Source: Sphyrna mokarran (Eukaryota). Taken from it: DNA of 64,000 nt. Of the stretch, positions 49,881-62,990 are shown one piece after another. The stretch lies in the NCBI GenBank assembly GCA_024679065.1, contig JAGIQG010000040.1:9114001-9178000 (forward strand), given 5' to 3'. The position numbers were made by a program, and so were the translations under genes. Numbering within the stretch: position 1 is the stretch's first letter; every line of letters begins with the position of its first letter. The notes under the pieces were generated by a model. The model searched no databases, was not told where the DNA came from, and saw nothing but the letters and a program-made list of their open reading frames with translations.

Positions 49881-52315
49881 TCATAAGTCTTGAGACAGTA
49901 TTAAATAAATATTAAAACTTTGAACTTTAAAACCTCTCTGTGTCTCTGTCTGAATTCAGACCCCAGGTCTGTGCCAGATTGAGAGGGGGTCAGTATTGAG
50001 CAGAATGGACAGACAGTTTGATACAAAGTTTGAACAAACTCCAGGGAGTGTTTGTGAACATGTTGGGGGTTGTGGAAAGGTCAGTGTGTAACAAGCTGAG
50101 GGAAGGGGTTTCCAGTTCACATCCTGTTGCTGTTTGGAGAAAACCCCCCCTTTTTAAAACAAAATCCCTGTGGTGCAGTTTTTACTGAGAGATTGTCCAA
50201 ATAAATATTAATTCCAGGGATAAAGTGGAGGAGAGAATAAAAAAGAGAGGCGGATAGAGGAAGGAAATGGAGAGAAAAGCAGAGAGAAATAGACAGAATG
50301 GGGGAAAAGCAGTGGAGAGGATGGAATGAAAATCTGAATTTCTGAAAACTGAATTGCAAAGGCCTCTGTGAATTTTATTTAACAATTAGGAACAGCGCTC
50401 TGTCTCCCAGCCCCTATTATTTTAGATTTAAAACAAACTTACAGACAGTTTCATCAATAATTTACTCTTTGCCACCCACCAAAGTGTAAATATGTTTGTG
50501 ACTAATTACAAAGCTGGGATATTTTAACCCTAAGGTTTTAAACTCCAGCACCCCCCACACCCGACAATTTAACCAGAACAGGTTCATCCAAGGAAGCGAG
50601 ATTAAAATTAAAGCTGCATTGGGATAATAAAGAGACAATGCAGAAGGAGGACATTCGGCCTTTCAAATCTGTACTGACTCTCACCCAGGCTTACCCCGTA
50701 ACTCCATGTATTTGCTCAATAATCCCCCTATGTATCTTGGGACCTTAAGGGCAATTTAGCATGGACAACGCACCCAACCTGCACATCTTTGGAGTGTGGG
50801 AGGAAACCAGAGCACCGGAAGGAAATTTTATGTCTCTGCCTAAGAATTACTCAATACCGGCTCAGAGTGGGTGCATCACCAGAATCAAACATACATTGGT
50901 GTTCTTTAATTCCAAGTGCATACCTCAGCCTGGTGTTGCTTTTGCCACATCAGGGTGTGGTGTGAGTTTGCATCTCTCTGTTGTATTGGGAGTCATCGGC
51001 AATGTCCAATTTCAGGATAAACTTCTACTTGGTTACAAAGACTTTTAACCTTGGACTGCACCATTGTTTGAATGTGGACCTGGTCAACGACCATCATTGA
51101 GATTTATCTGAACATGTCAAGAAATATTTCATTGTTTTCTGAATAAATATCCCGACATTTGCACAGTCTCTGCCTCTTGTTTGTGCATCTGTTGATTGTT
51201 CACTGTTGGCGATGGGGCAATGTTAAAGTTTACTCAGATTTGATCACATTTGGATTTACAAATGTTTTGCCAGGGCTGGGGAAATTGCAGCTATGAGGAA
51301 AGGATTGGATTGGCGAGGGTTGTTTTCCTGAGAGGTGACCGAACTGAGGTGTCTAAAATTCTGAGGGGGGCCAAGACAGGACGGACGGGGAAGGCCCGCT
51401 TCCCCCAAACATAGACAGGAAGCAGGGTTCACACAGATTGAAGGTGATTGGTAGGAGGATTTCAAGGGATATAAGGAAGATGCTTCTCACTCAGAGGGTG
51501 GCGGATGCCTGCAAAGTGCTGCCTAAACTGGTGGTTCAGATAGAAACCCCTCGGCTCACTCACTCGGCACCCGGATCTGTGGCTGAACCGCTGTGACCTG
51601 TAAAAAGGAGATTAAGGCTGGGTTTGCTGGAAGATGGGATTAGAGGGCACAACTAGTCTTTATTTCCCAAGCTGGGACAGATGCGATGGGCTGAATGGCC
51701 TTTCCTGCACTGTAACCTTTTCTCTGCTTTCTGTTAGCCCTGTTGATGGGTGGGACGGAGGAGTGAGCTGGTATTCAGTAAGAAACAAGAAGAAAAATAG
51801 AAGAATTTTTTGAGACAAAGCTGATTTTTCCTGATGTTCCCCCCGCCATCAAATTGAGATAGCGATACTCCCACCTGCCCCCTGAACCCCCCCAAATACA
51901 TTTGCCCCAGTGTCAGCATGGTGGTACAGTGGTTATCACTGCAGCCTCACTGTGCTAGGGACCTGTGGGTCATTTGCACGTTTTCCCCATTTCTGTGTGG
52001 GTTTCCTCCTGTTACCTCCCCCAGTCTGAAAGACGTGTTGGGTTAGGGTGGATTGGGCCATGCTTAAATTCTCCCTCAGTGTTACCCGAACAGGAATGCG
52101 GAGACTAGGGGAATTCTTATAGTAACTTCACTGCAGTGTTAATGTAACCCGACTTATTCGTGACACTAGTGCTGCAGTGACAATGCACCCTCTTGTTTAA
52201 ACACTCTGCAATGCTGAGGCTGGGGAGAGGAGTGAACAACAGGGAGCAGCATTGCAGCTTCTCTCCCCCCATTGAAACTGGGATTGTTGCTCCATCTGCT
52301 GCACCATCCCCACCA

Positions 52316-53030
52316 CATCCACTAGGGGGCAATCTGGACAATGGGCTGCAGGCAGACCTCACTGCGCCTGCGCCACAATCACACCTACCGCCGCCGTCTA
52401 TCTTGCGTTGCCAGGGGAGACGGCCAGCGGCCATCTTGCGTTGCCAGGAGAGACGACGAGCGTCCACCTTCCGTTGCCAGGGGAGACGGCCAGCGGCCAT
52501 CTTGCGTTGCCAGGGAGACGGCGTCCCAGACGCAGCACTCTGGGGGAATTCCACTGCCGCACATGCGCCCAGGCAGTAACATTTTAATCTTTTAATATTT
52601 TGAATCTTAATGATTATTAGTCACATCCTCACCCGTCAGACTTTCGGTTCCTTCTCCATTCGGGAATATCGTTTCTTTTTTATTTTTTTCAATCTCACCC
52701 GCGCGGTGTGCTCTGTGAAAATACTAATGCACATGCGCGGTTCCGACACCTGTCTTTTTATAAAAACATGTATTTTATTTAATTTTAATTCCGCTCCCGG
52801 CGGGATTTCCGGGTGGGAATTTCTCTCACTTTCTACATTTCTGAACCGTCGCTTTTCCTCGGCCGGGGGGGAGGGGCTGATGGCGACGTCACGACAACAT
52901 GGCGGCTGTCCCCGCCTTTCTTCCGGACCCGGATGTTCCACCAACGAGCAGCGGCCGGGCCGGAGTGGGCAAGAGGTGACACTGGGCACAGCAGCGCCCG
53001 GGCGTCTTACAACGGCTCCTGGTGGTCAGG
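52316..53030. promoter_or_regulatory. CpG-island, housekeeping-type (possibly bidirectional) promoter
   Basis: High CpG density; YY1-type GCGGCCATCTTG (x2) and AACATGGCGGC (52896); CRE-like GACGTCAC (52885); ETS CTTCCGG (52920); NRF1-like GCACATGCGC (52559, 52729); CTCF-like CCACTAGGGGGCA (52319). Confidence 0.7.
52400..52522. repeat. 33-bp tandem repeat, ~3.7 copies
   Basis: ATCTTGCGTTGCCAGGGGAGACGGCCAGCGGCC units starting at 52400, 52433, 52466 and 52499. Confidence 0.9.
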
Positions 53031-54529
53031 AAGGGAAATAGCAGCAGCACAGTCTCTGCCCAAAGGCTTCCCCAATTCAGCTGCTCAGAGACACTGGGAA
53101 CTTCAACTGAGAACTTCAGCTTCTCACATTTGGTTTGAGGTTCATAGCTTTCTAATAATGCCACGAACTGATGCAGGAAATAGTCAAGAGGCCATGGAAT
53201 TCTGGCCTTCGGATCTAAAGACTGTAGTGTAGGGATGTAGATGCCATGCTGCAATTGTAACAAGATCCGGTTAGAGTCACTAGCGAACTGTGTGTATGTA
53301 GGACACCACACTTTGGCAACATTTTAGCAATAGACGAGTTGAACGCAGGTTCAGAGAATTATACCTTGTCTTCAGGTTTTAATTTGCGAGGAGAAACTAA
53401 CAATGGGAGTTATCTTTCGAATCGAAAAGTGAGGGTGCTCTACATAAGTCTACAGAATATTTACGGTAGGACAGGACGGATAAAGATTTGTTTTTTTTCA
53501 AAAGTTTAACGTTCTAAGATAAAAAGGACCATTATTTAAAATATCGGACCAAGCCGTCAGAAGAGTTGATCGAAAGCATTTCCACATAAAGCGAGTGATG
53601 GACTTCTGGGACTCTCTCCCTCAAAGGCGATTCGGTGTTGGTTCAATTATTAGACTCATATCTATCATCCACTTTTACTAACAGCGGTATCAAGAAATGT
53701 GGGCCAAGGATAGGTACATATAATTTGGCCCAGATGAACCATGGTCTAATTGAATGGTGGGGCAAGACCTAGAAGCTGAATAGCCTACTTCTGCTTGGGA
53801 CATGGGCGTCGCCGGCTGGCCAGCATTTATTCCCCATACCTAGTTACCCTTGAGAAGGTGGTGGTGGTCTGCCTTCTTGAATCGCAGCAGTCCGTGTTCT
53901 GCGGGTAGACCCACAATGCCCTTAGGGAAAAAATGGAAGGATTTTGACTCAGCGATTCTGAAGGAACGGCGATATATTTCCAAGTGAGAATGGTGAGCGG
54001 CTTGGAGGGGAACTTCTGTTCCTATGATCCTACGTTGCCAGTTTAGCATCAGAGCATAATACCTCAATCCATGGTAATGCGTGTTTGTTCATTTTGTTTA
54101 GAAGGATTGCTGACCAGGGAGCTGTTGGAGACAACGGGACCTTTAATGCTCAGCTCAGCAAACATGGTGATTGGGATTTTTATTTTGTTCACAATTCCAT
54201 CTGAAGTATAGTTGGGGTGTTTGTTTCTTAAGCCCCAGGAAACAAAGATGGAATCTTAAGCTGAAGGAAAATGTGTGTGTGTGTGTGTGTGTGTGAACAA
54301 TGCCATATTGTTTACAAATCAATTTCACAATGATAACTGGCGTCCTTCCATTTAAAATAATAATAAAAAATAGTCACAGTGTAAACACATTAATTTTAGA
54401 ATGCTTTCTTTATCACGTGCTACCTTTATTAATGACCAAGGAGGAAAATGTTTGGGAGGTTGACTCTGTTACAACTGCTGCCCATGAAACTACCAACTGT
54501 GGTTATAAGTTGTTGTTTTCAGTGTCATG

Positions 54530-54960
54530 AATGAGACTGAGGAGTGTTGATGGAGGGCGACTTTTTCCCAGAATATGGCAGTCCCTGCTCTGCTACCAGT
54601 GTTGAATGTCTTCATGAGATTGACGAAGGTAAAGATAAGCACATAGGGCACATGGAGCAGATATTTTTCCAGGCTCATTTTTTTTTCGTTATAAACACAG
54701 CAAAGAGCTTCAGGATAATCCGGATCTTCAAACAGATGAATGCTTTCAGATGTATCACTGGCAATGATGTACACATATCTGTAGTTGTTATGGTGTCCTC
54801 TCGCGGCTTTTTTTCTCGGTAGTGCTGTGCTATTGAATCATGGATCTCTTGTGGAGCGCATCCTATCTTCCATCAAGAAGGAGAAGATCATCAATGTTCA
54901 TGAAGGTGGTATTTATTTTCACCAGTTGCCATCCATTCACAAAGTTGCATAATTTTACTC
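54530..54960 (-). mobile_element. RTE-like LINE RT relic
   Basis: VPYVLIFTFVNLMKTFNTGSRAG resembles the LYxxFVDLTKAFDTVSREG motif. Confidence 0.5.
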
Positions 54961-56629
54961 ACCAGTTATCAACCATTCATACACATTAATATATTTACGT
55001 TTTAATTTGAGGAATGTGGTCACTGCTGGCTAGGTCAGCATTTGCTGCCTATCACTAATTGCCCTTATTAAGATGGTGATGAGAATTCCTGCGAAACCTG
55101 TGGTGCATGTACTCACACAGTGCTGTTACAGAGGAGGTTCTGGGATTTCATTTGAACGGCAATGAAGGAAAGGCGATATTTTTCCAAGTCAGGTATATGA
55201 CTGACTTGGAGCGGAATTTACATGTGACATTCCCAGGTAAATCTTACCCCATCCTTCCAAATGGTAACAGTCGTTTGTTTGGAAGGTTTTGCCTGAGGAT
55301 TCTTGGTCAGTTTCTGAAGTGAAACTTGAATACGGTGTATAATGTTGCTGTTGTTTGTGGGTGATGGAAGGAGTGAACATTTGGAAATGCTATGCCATCA
55401 AGCCGCCTGCTCTGTCCGAAATACGTTAAAGCTCCTGGAATGTTGTTTGAGCTGCACTTATTCAAGCAAGTGGAAGGAACCCTCTTTCATCCTGAGATGT
55501 GCTTGTAGATAGTGGACAGGTTTAAGGAGTTTGGAGATGGGTTACTCACAGCAAGCTGACCTGCTATTCCATCCGGAACATTTATATACCTAGTTAATTC
55601 AGCAATTAGCCAGTGGTAACCCCGACGATGTTTATAGTGGGTGATTAAGTATTGTAATATCATTGAGTGACGGGGAGCAATGGATAGATTCTCTCCTTTT
55701 GGAGATGGTCATTGCTTGGCGCTAATATTACTAACAATCTCCAAATCACAAAAAAAGTATTTCACATATTATTTTCAGCATTTTATTTATTAATGTAGCT
55801 TACTGAGATTCAAATTTATTGAGAACACTTTGGTCTTTCTGTCACCAAAGGATCAAATCTGTCCCAGAATTCAGCGGGAAATTGAATTAAATCAGACTGA
55901 GGATCAGGAGAAGCTACCCAGCAGCCGTTGTGCTTTATTGACAAGTAATCACCTCATCACCACACATAATTCTCTGATACAATAACTGGAGTCATTTTTA
56001 AAATGACTGCATAACTGAAAGTATTCGTAACCATTGTTAAATATAATGTATAATATCTGACGTGACGTTATAGAATCTTAAAATCCAGATTAATAACTCA
56101 TAGAGCAAACAATCCACAGTGGAAAATAAAACCATTGGCCCATCGAGCCTGGACCGACTCAATCCTACACAGGCCCTATTCCCGTTACCCCTCATGCTAA
56201 CCCTACTAATACTCCTGGTACAAGGGTTAATTCAGCGTGGTCAATCAATCTGGCCTGCAATTGTTCGGACTGCAGGAGAAAACTAGAATAAACCGGAGAA
56301 AATCCATACAGACACGGAGAGAAACTGCAAACTTCACACAGACCGTGACCGAGGACGGAATTGAACTCGGGTCGCTGGCGTTGTGAGGCAGCAGGATTAA
56401 ACACTGTAACACTGTACTGCCCTTGCACATGTGCAGAGCACTGAAAAGTAATTTATCACTTGACGTTGTCCAGTGAATTTCGCAATTTATCAGTCGTTTT
56501 TCTTTAACCTGTTACCTCCACTAATTCGAGTGGTGATTGATTTGTTGCACTAAAAAGGGTCACGTGTTCCAAACATTACAATCCACCTCCCTCAACCCAA
56601 TCTCCACTGGATTGGAAAATTTTGAAGAC

Positions 56630-57180
56630 ATCGGTGAGGCTACACTTGGATGTTGTGCACAGTTCTGGTCACCCTATTATAGAACGGATATTATTAAACT
56701 AGAAAGAGGGCCAAAAAGATTTACGAGAATGCTCCAAGGACTGGATAATTTGAGTTGTGAGGAGAGACTGGATAGACTGGGATAGACTTCTTTTTCTCCG
56801 GAGAATAGGAGGCTTGGGGGATTCTTATAGATGTCTGCACCGTAATAAGGTGCATAGATCAGATAGATAGTGAATATATTTGTCCAGAGTTTAAATCTAG
56901 AAGGCATAGATTTAATATGAGAGTGGAGTGATACAAAGTGGTTCGGAAGGGATATTGTTTCACACAGAAGTGTCTGGAACAGGCTGCCAGAATTACTGTT
57001 AGAGGCGGGTACAATTTTGTCTTTTATAAAGAATTTTGACAGTTACGTGGGTAGGGATCCGTAGAGAGGTATATAGTCCAAATATGGGAAATTGGGATAA
57101 GCTTAGTGATTAATAAAAAGGCGGCATGGACAAGTTAGGCCGAAATGCTTGTGTCCATGCTTAAACAACAATGACTCTAC
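56630..57180 (+). mobile_element. CR1 3' fragment
   Basis: CCAQFWSPYYRTDIIKLERGPKRFTRML...EERLDRLG. Confidence 0.8.
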
Positions 57181-57652
57181 GACAGAAGAAGAAGAAAGAA
57201 AAGACTTATCTTAGTTCACTTGTTCCTGATGGCTCGGGAATTGAATTCACCCAGAAAATTTGGAAGGGCTAATGGTTGCAGCACAGCATAAAGGTCAAGC
57301 ACAGCACTAAAGCAAAAGTTAAATCACACAAAACAGCAAAGATTATCGAGAAGGCAGAGGATTTAGACGTATTTAAACGCGAGCAGAAGACATCTAAAAA
57401 AAGGATGGAGAAGATGAAATATGAGTGTAATCTAGCTAGTCATATAAAATCAGAAATAGCGATTTTTTCAATGTAGAAAAAAAACAAAAAAATGCAAAAA
57501 TTGTCATTGGGCCACAGGAAAATTGGTCTGGAGAAGTAATAATAGGAAACAAAGCAATGGCAAGGGAACTGAATAGTTACTTAGCATTAGTCTTCACGGT
57601 GGAAGACATCAGTGAAATATGAGATCTCCAGAAGATTCCAGGGACAAGGTAA

Positions 57653-58303
57653 TGTCGTGGCTCCCCAGGACGACAATGTACTTTTAGCTTGTTGAATGAG
57701 AGTCTGAGCCTTGATTTTCCAGGAAGTGAGACTTTATTCTCCAGTACACGAGAATAAAGCCGGGATGTCCAGAACACTCCAGTGAAATGCTCACTTACAG
57801 CTTGTCTTATACAGTTTGCAGATACATGCCCTGAGATTCTTATCTCATCCTCAAGGCTGGCTTATCTTTAACCACCATTAGTGCTGGCTCTGCTAATAAT
57901 TTACCTTGTCGTGGAGTGGTCACTAATCGATGCATTTACTACTCTGTGAAACCAGTTTGTTTATACAACAGTTCCAACCTTTGCCCTCACCCCATTAACG
58001 TTGTTTATACACAATGGTGGCTTAGCTAGACTTTAAACTAAGTGACAAAGAGAATATATGTACCCCATCCCTGTTTTCTGGGCCATAGTGTGACCATTGT
58101 TTCTCAAGGTTTAACTGCCTACAGTTGCTTACGCTCAATGTTTAATAAATGCTTACCATTCCTGATTCTATCACATTAGCCACCATACATTCAATTACAT
58201 TAATTAACATGCTGGGCTCATTATATTCCAACATCCTGCCCATCACATGTAGATGAGACTATAGTTCACATTTTACTGCTGTTACTACAAATATTCTCTT
58301 AAA
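57653..58303 (-). mobile_element. Probable solo LTR (~650 bp) with GTAA target-site duplication
   Basis: GTAA at 57649-57652 and 58304-58307; TG start at the left end; minus-strand TATAAG (57806-57811) ~70 nt upstream of AATAAA (57733-57738); the host CR1 rejoins across it. Confidence 0.65.
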
Positions 58304-58732
58304 GTAACTGCAGTCATCACTAAGGAGAAGGTTCTGGGGAAATTAAAAGGTAAGAAGGTGGATAAATTACCTGAACCGGAAGGACTACACCATAGTATTC
58401 TAAAAGAGGTAACTGAGGAAATTATGGAGGTATTGCCGGTAATCTTTCAGAAATCACCAAAAGCAGTGAGTATACCACATGACTGAAAAGCAGCAAATGT
58501 AACACCACTGTTTAAGAAGAGAGGGAGGCAGCAGATGAGAAATTGTAGGTCCGTTGGCCTGACTTCAGTCATTGGCTGACTTAAAATTCCATTATTAAAA
58601 ATGAGATTGCAGAGTATGTGGAATTGCATGATAAAGTAGAACTGAAACAGCACAGTTTTAATAAGGCGAGGTAATATGCGGCAAAGTCTTTGAGAAGGTA
58701 ACAAGGAAATTATATAAATGAGAGCCAGTGGA

Positions 58733-59088
58733 CATAGAACATAGAACATAGAACATTACAGCACAGAACAGGCCCTTCGGCCTTCGATGTTGTGCCGACC
58801 AATATAAAAAGCAGTGACCCTCCAAACTAAACCATTCCCTTCTCTTCCATATACTTATCAACTAACCTTTAAACGCCACCAAATTTGGCGCATCTACAAC
58901 TGCTGCAGGCAGGGCATTCCAGTCCCGATACACCCTCTGGGTAAAGAACCTACCTCTGATATCCGTCCTATAACTATCACCCCTTAATTTAAAGCTGTGT
59001 CCCCTCGTGCTAGCTTTCTCCATCCGAGGAAAAAGGCTATCACTGTCCACCCTATCTAAACCTCTAATCATTGTATATGTTTCGATAA
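58733..59088 (-). mobile_element. Young CR1 3' fragment nested in an older CR1
   Basis: Near-identical to 20259-20605; (CATAGAA)3 tail. Confidence 0.9.
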
Positions 59089-62000
59089 GGTATATTCAGA
59101 ATTCCAAAGGCATCTGACAAGATGCCAAATAGGAGACTGTTAAATAAGTTAAGTGCACATGGTGTTAAGGATAAGATCCTGGCATGGATAGAGGGATTGA
59201 TTGATTGGCAGAAGGCAGAGAGTAGGGACAAATGATGTCTTTCTTAGGATGGCAGCCGGTGCTTAGTGATGTGCCTCAGGGGTCAGTGCTGGGACCACAA
59301 CTTTTCACAGTATGCATTAACGGTTTGGAGGAAGTAACGAAATGCACCACTGTAAGTTTGCAGATAATATAAAAATATGTAGAGGGACAGTTAGTATTGA
59401 AGAAGCAGGGGCTGCAGAAGGACTTGGATAGGTTAGAGAGGGAGCAAATATATGTCAGCTGGAATACAAGTAGAAAACTATGAGGTTATTCACTTGGAAG
59501 GAGGAATGCAGGCATAAACTATTTTCTGAATAGGAAAATGCTGAGAAAATCAAGAACACGCAGGGACTTGGGAGTCATTAGTCAAGATTCTCTTAAGGTT
59601 AAAGTGCATGTTCAGGAAGGCAAATGCAATGTTAGCATTCATGTCAAGGCGGTTAAAAGAATATGGGCAGTGATGTAATTCTGAAGCTGTATAAGGCTCT
59701 AGTCAGACGCAATTGGAGTATTGTGAGCAGTTTTGAACCCCTTACCTAAGGAAGGATGTGTTGGCCTTGGATAGTGTCCAGTCGAGGTTCACAAAAACGA
59801 TTCCTGGAATAAAGAGCTCGCTGTATGAGGAACGGTTGAATCCTCCGGATCTGTACTTGTTGGAATTTTGAAGGATGAGGAGGATCTTATTGAAATTTTC
59901 AGGATACTGCGAGGCCTGGATAGAGTTGGTGTGAAGAGGATGTTTCCACTGAAAGAGAGAGAGAAAAAAAATAGAAGCAGAGGGCCCAACCTCCGATTAA
60001 AGGGACGATCCTTTTTAAAACGGAGATGAGGAGGATGTACTTCAGCCAGAGTGTGGTGAATTTGTCGATCTCTTGTCACAGAAGGCTGTGGAGGCCAGGT
60101 CATTAGGAGTTGTTAAATACAGAAATGGAGAGGTTCTTGATTCATAACGGGATCAGGGCCTACAAGGAAAAGGCAGGAGAATGGGGATGAGAAAAATATC
60201 AGCCATGACTGAATGGCGGAGGAGACTCGACGGACCGAGTGGCCTCATTCTGCTCCAATGTCTATATCTTATAGTTTTATGGTCTTGCATACTGACACAA
60301 TTGGAATAAAGGACCTGCTTCGATCCTTGAAGTAGTAAATCACAAATATCTAAATGCAGAATAGAAAATGTTATCTTCACATCCATCCATCCGCTCACTG
60401 ATTCCAGAATTAAAACATTCAGGCATTCAGCTATCATTCATCCATGCATTAACGCAAGCATCCCTTTATTTTTGGATAGATGGTGCGTAATATTAATGCC
60501 AGTATGCCAGCATTCTAAAAGCCCAGGCCAATAATGTAAAGATTAAATCTGACACTGACATCTGATGCAATTTGAATTCAATCAATAAATCTGGAATACA
60601 TACTGACAGCGACCAGATAAACCTCTCCGATTCCCCAGTGAAGGAAATCTACCATCTCTACCTGGTCACACCAGGACATGACCGCAGACAGGCAGCAATA
60701 TAACTACTGGGCAATGCCTTCTCTGATGCCCTAGCATACCACTCAGTTCAAGAGAAATTAGGCGAAGGGAATAAATGTTTGTCTTTCCAGAAATTCCCAC
60801 GTCTCGTGAAAAAAAATAAAGTGAAAGGAAACAGAATCATACATGTTTATGTGGTATAAATTATATCACCCCTCTGAATCAACTCTCACAATCTGCCTAT
60901 TTTATGCCCATCCAACAATGTTTTGATGGGGAGATCATCATTGTTGCTAACAAGATGCCAGAGAACTGGACACTTTCCTTTCTGAAGAAATGGGAAACAT
61001 TCATACTTGTCTGCAAATTTAAAATAATTAAATTGCCTCCTGAACTGTTGCTGGGTAGATTTGTTTATAAATGGACACATTGACAATGCTGAGTGTTTGA
61101 AGTTGGCTTGCAGCCAAGTGTTCAGTACTGAGGAAACAGATTTTAGATTTACTGAACAAACACCCTCAGATGCTTCCTGTAAATATTTTTGAGCATTTGA
61201 CAGCAGGTTGGACTGTTGCCAAATACTGCATAGGACAGATTAATGTGAATCTGTAAGGATAAAATGGGACTTCATCAGTTATACAATAAATGTTTTATTC
61301 CCTAAAGAAAGACACGTTATAAATGGTATTTCTTCTAAGCAAATATTTTAAATGAATGCACTGTTCATTATGTAATTAAAATGTATCGGAAATTAGTCAA
61401 TTGACTTGATGATCTTTCATTTGGATAACTTCCAAACAAATTCTTTTCCAACAGTTAAAGTCTCTTTATGAACAACTTCATGAAGAGCAAGAAAAAATAT
61501 GTTGATGTCCCCAATCCCTCAGTCCCAAGAGATCAGCGTAAAGGCACAAAAATGAAAATAATTAAAAATCACATATCTGCCTTGAACAGCCGGTACACCT
61601 GGAATATCCTCAATGTTCTTCACCTAATTAAAAACTTATACCTGACGTACAACATGTTATATTGTCTAGCATTATTTGATTTCGATTATTTAACAGTCCC
61701 TCTTATAACTGCCAATGAGCGAAATAATGACCAATCCATAATCTGATTCAGTTGCAGATCAAACATTTATTCTTATGGTATTGTGCATTATGCCGCAAAG
61801 TCCTGATACCTTGCATTCCTAATACTAGCAGCTGGCCAATAAAATGAACTGTAATGATTTGGATGCTGAAGGAGATTGCCGCGTCTGTTCTGATTCAATA
61901 ATTTCTTCGTCAATTTCAATATCATTTTAATGTTTCACTGTCAACTCAATGCTTAAACGTGGGGGATTCGAATCTGGGTCCTGAGAACATCAGTTGAGTT

Positions 62001-62625
62001 TGTGGATTAATTGCCTAGTGATAATAACGCTAGGCCATTGCTTCCCTTCTTCTTATAGCCAGTCCCAAATTACAGTGATAGGTATCCACATCTGAAATAC
62101 AATCATCGCAGCATTAAGTTGCATAAATCTAGAATAATTTCTCTAATATTTTTGCTGCGATGTGTTAGAGACACCGCATTATTGCAAATCAGACTGACGT
62201 CTTAACCCTGACAATGTCATCTGATAATGTTCCCTTGTGAAGGGGTGCAGAAGTAAAGGCACTTAATTTACAATGAAATTGCTTCTTTTCTATAACAAAT
62301 GCTCAAATGCAATTTCACCTCTTACATTAGCAGAGCCATGACAATGGATTTCATTGTTACTGCCTCGGTGTTAGTCTGTTTTTGGAATGTCGCATTGTCA
62401 GCAATCAACTCACCGGGAATAATCCTTGAGGTGTTTCTTATATTTTATTTGATTTCATTTGACTTATTATCGCATATTATTGTTTCTTGCGCACTGTATT
62501 GTCAGAGCAGAACGTATATAGGGAAGCATGGGAGAGGGTGAATAATGTAATTTTGCAGTCAGAGCTGGGCTGTAAGGAAAGATCAACTTAATGTGACGTA
62601 GGCCATTCATACGCCTGATTGCAGC

Positions 62626-62990
62626 ATGAAATAAATTATTTTTGAGTCTGTTTGTAAGTTTCCTCAGACTTTTGTATCTTGTTGCCGATGGAAAAAAAGA
62701 CAGAGAGTGTATGTCGGGAGATCATGCCATTTTTTTTGCATAGGATTTTAGATATTTTTGCAAGTGTCAAATCGGAGGTTGTGTTGACTCTGCGCCCCTC
62801 AGACTCTTTGAGACTGACCTGCAAAGCCAAAGCGATCAATACTGGCAGTCACTGGATGGTCAGGATCCGACATGTCCTGAACAGTGTTTACAGTGTTTTC
62901 TTCAGTTCGATTGTCTTGGTTCAACCTACAATTCCTCCCCTCAGAAACCCAGAATCTATTTACTCCGCCCAAAGACACTTCAAACAACGT
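62626..62990 (+). pseudogene. Immunoglobulin VH pseudogene (leader ~62626-62670; V exon ~62764-62990, truncated in FR3)
   Basis: Leader relic MK*IIF/SLFVSFLR. V reads VKSEVVLT-(~6-codon deletion)-RPSDSLRLTCKAKAINTGSHWMVRIRHV, then frameshifted EQCLQCFL (~GQGLEWL) and QNLFTPPKDTSNN (~RFTPSKDTSNN). No YYC or RSS found. Confidence 0.8.

Larger units (their letters stand above)
57290..60280 (+). mobile_element. Long decayed CR1, interrupted by a solo LTR and a young CR1
   Basis: Collinear CR1 ORF2 motifs on both sides of the insertions ([37 protein letters not shown]). Confidence 0.85.

Noticed and set aside
62338-62430. Hydrophobic MTMDFIVTASVLVCFWNVALSA as the VH leader
   Set aside because: No good donor; the relic at 62626 fits shark VH leader sequence, intron length and promoter position better.
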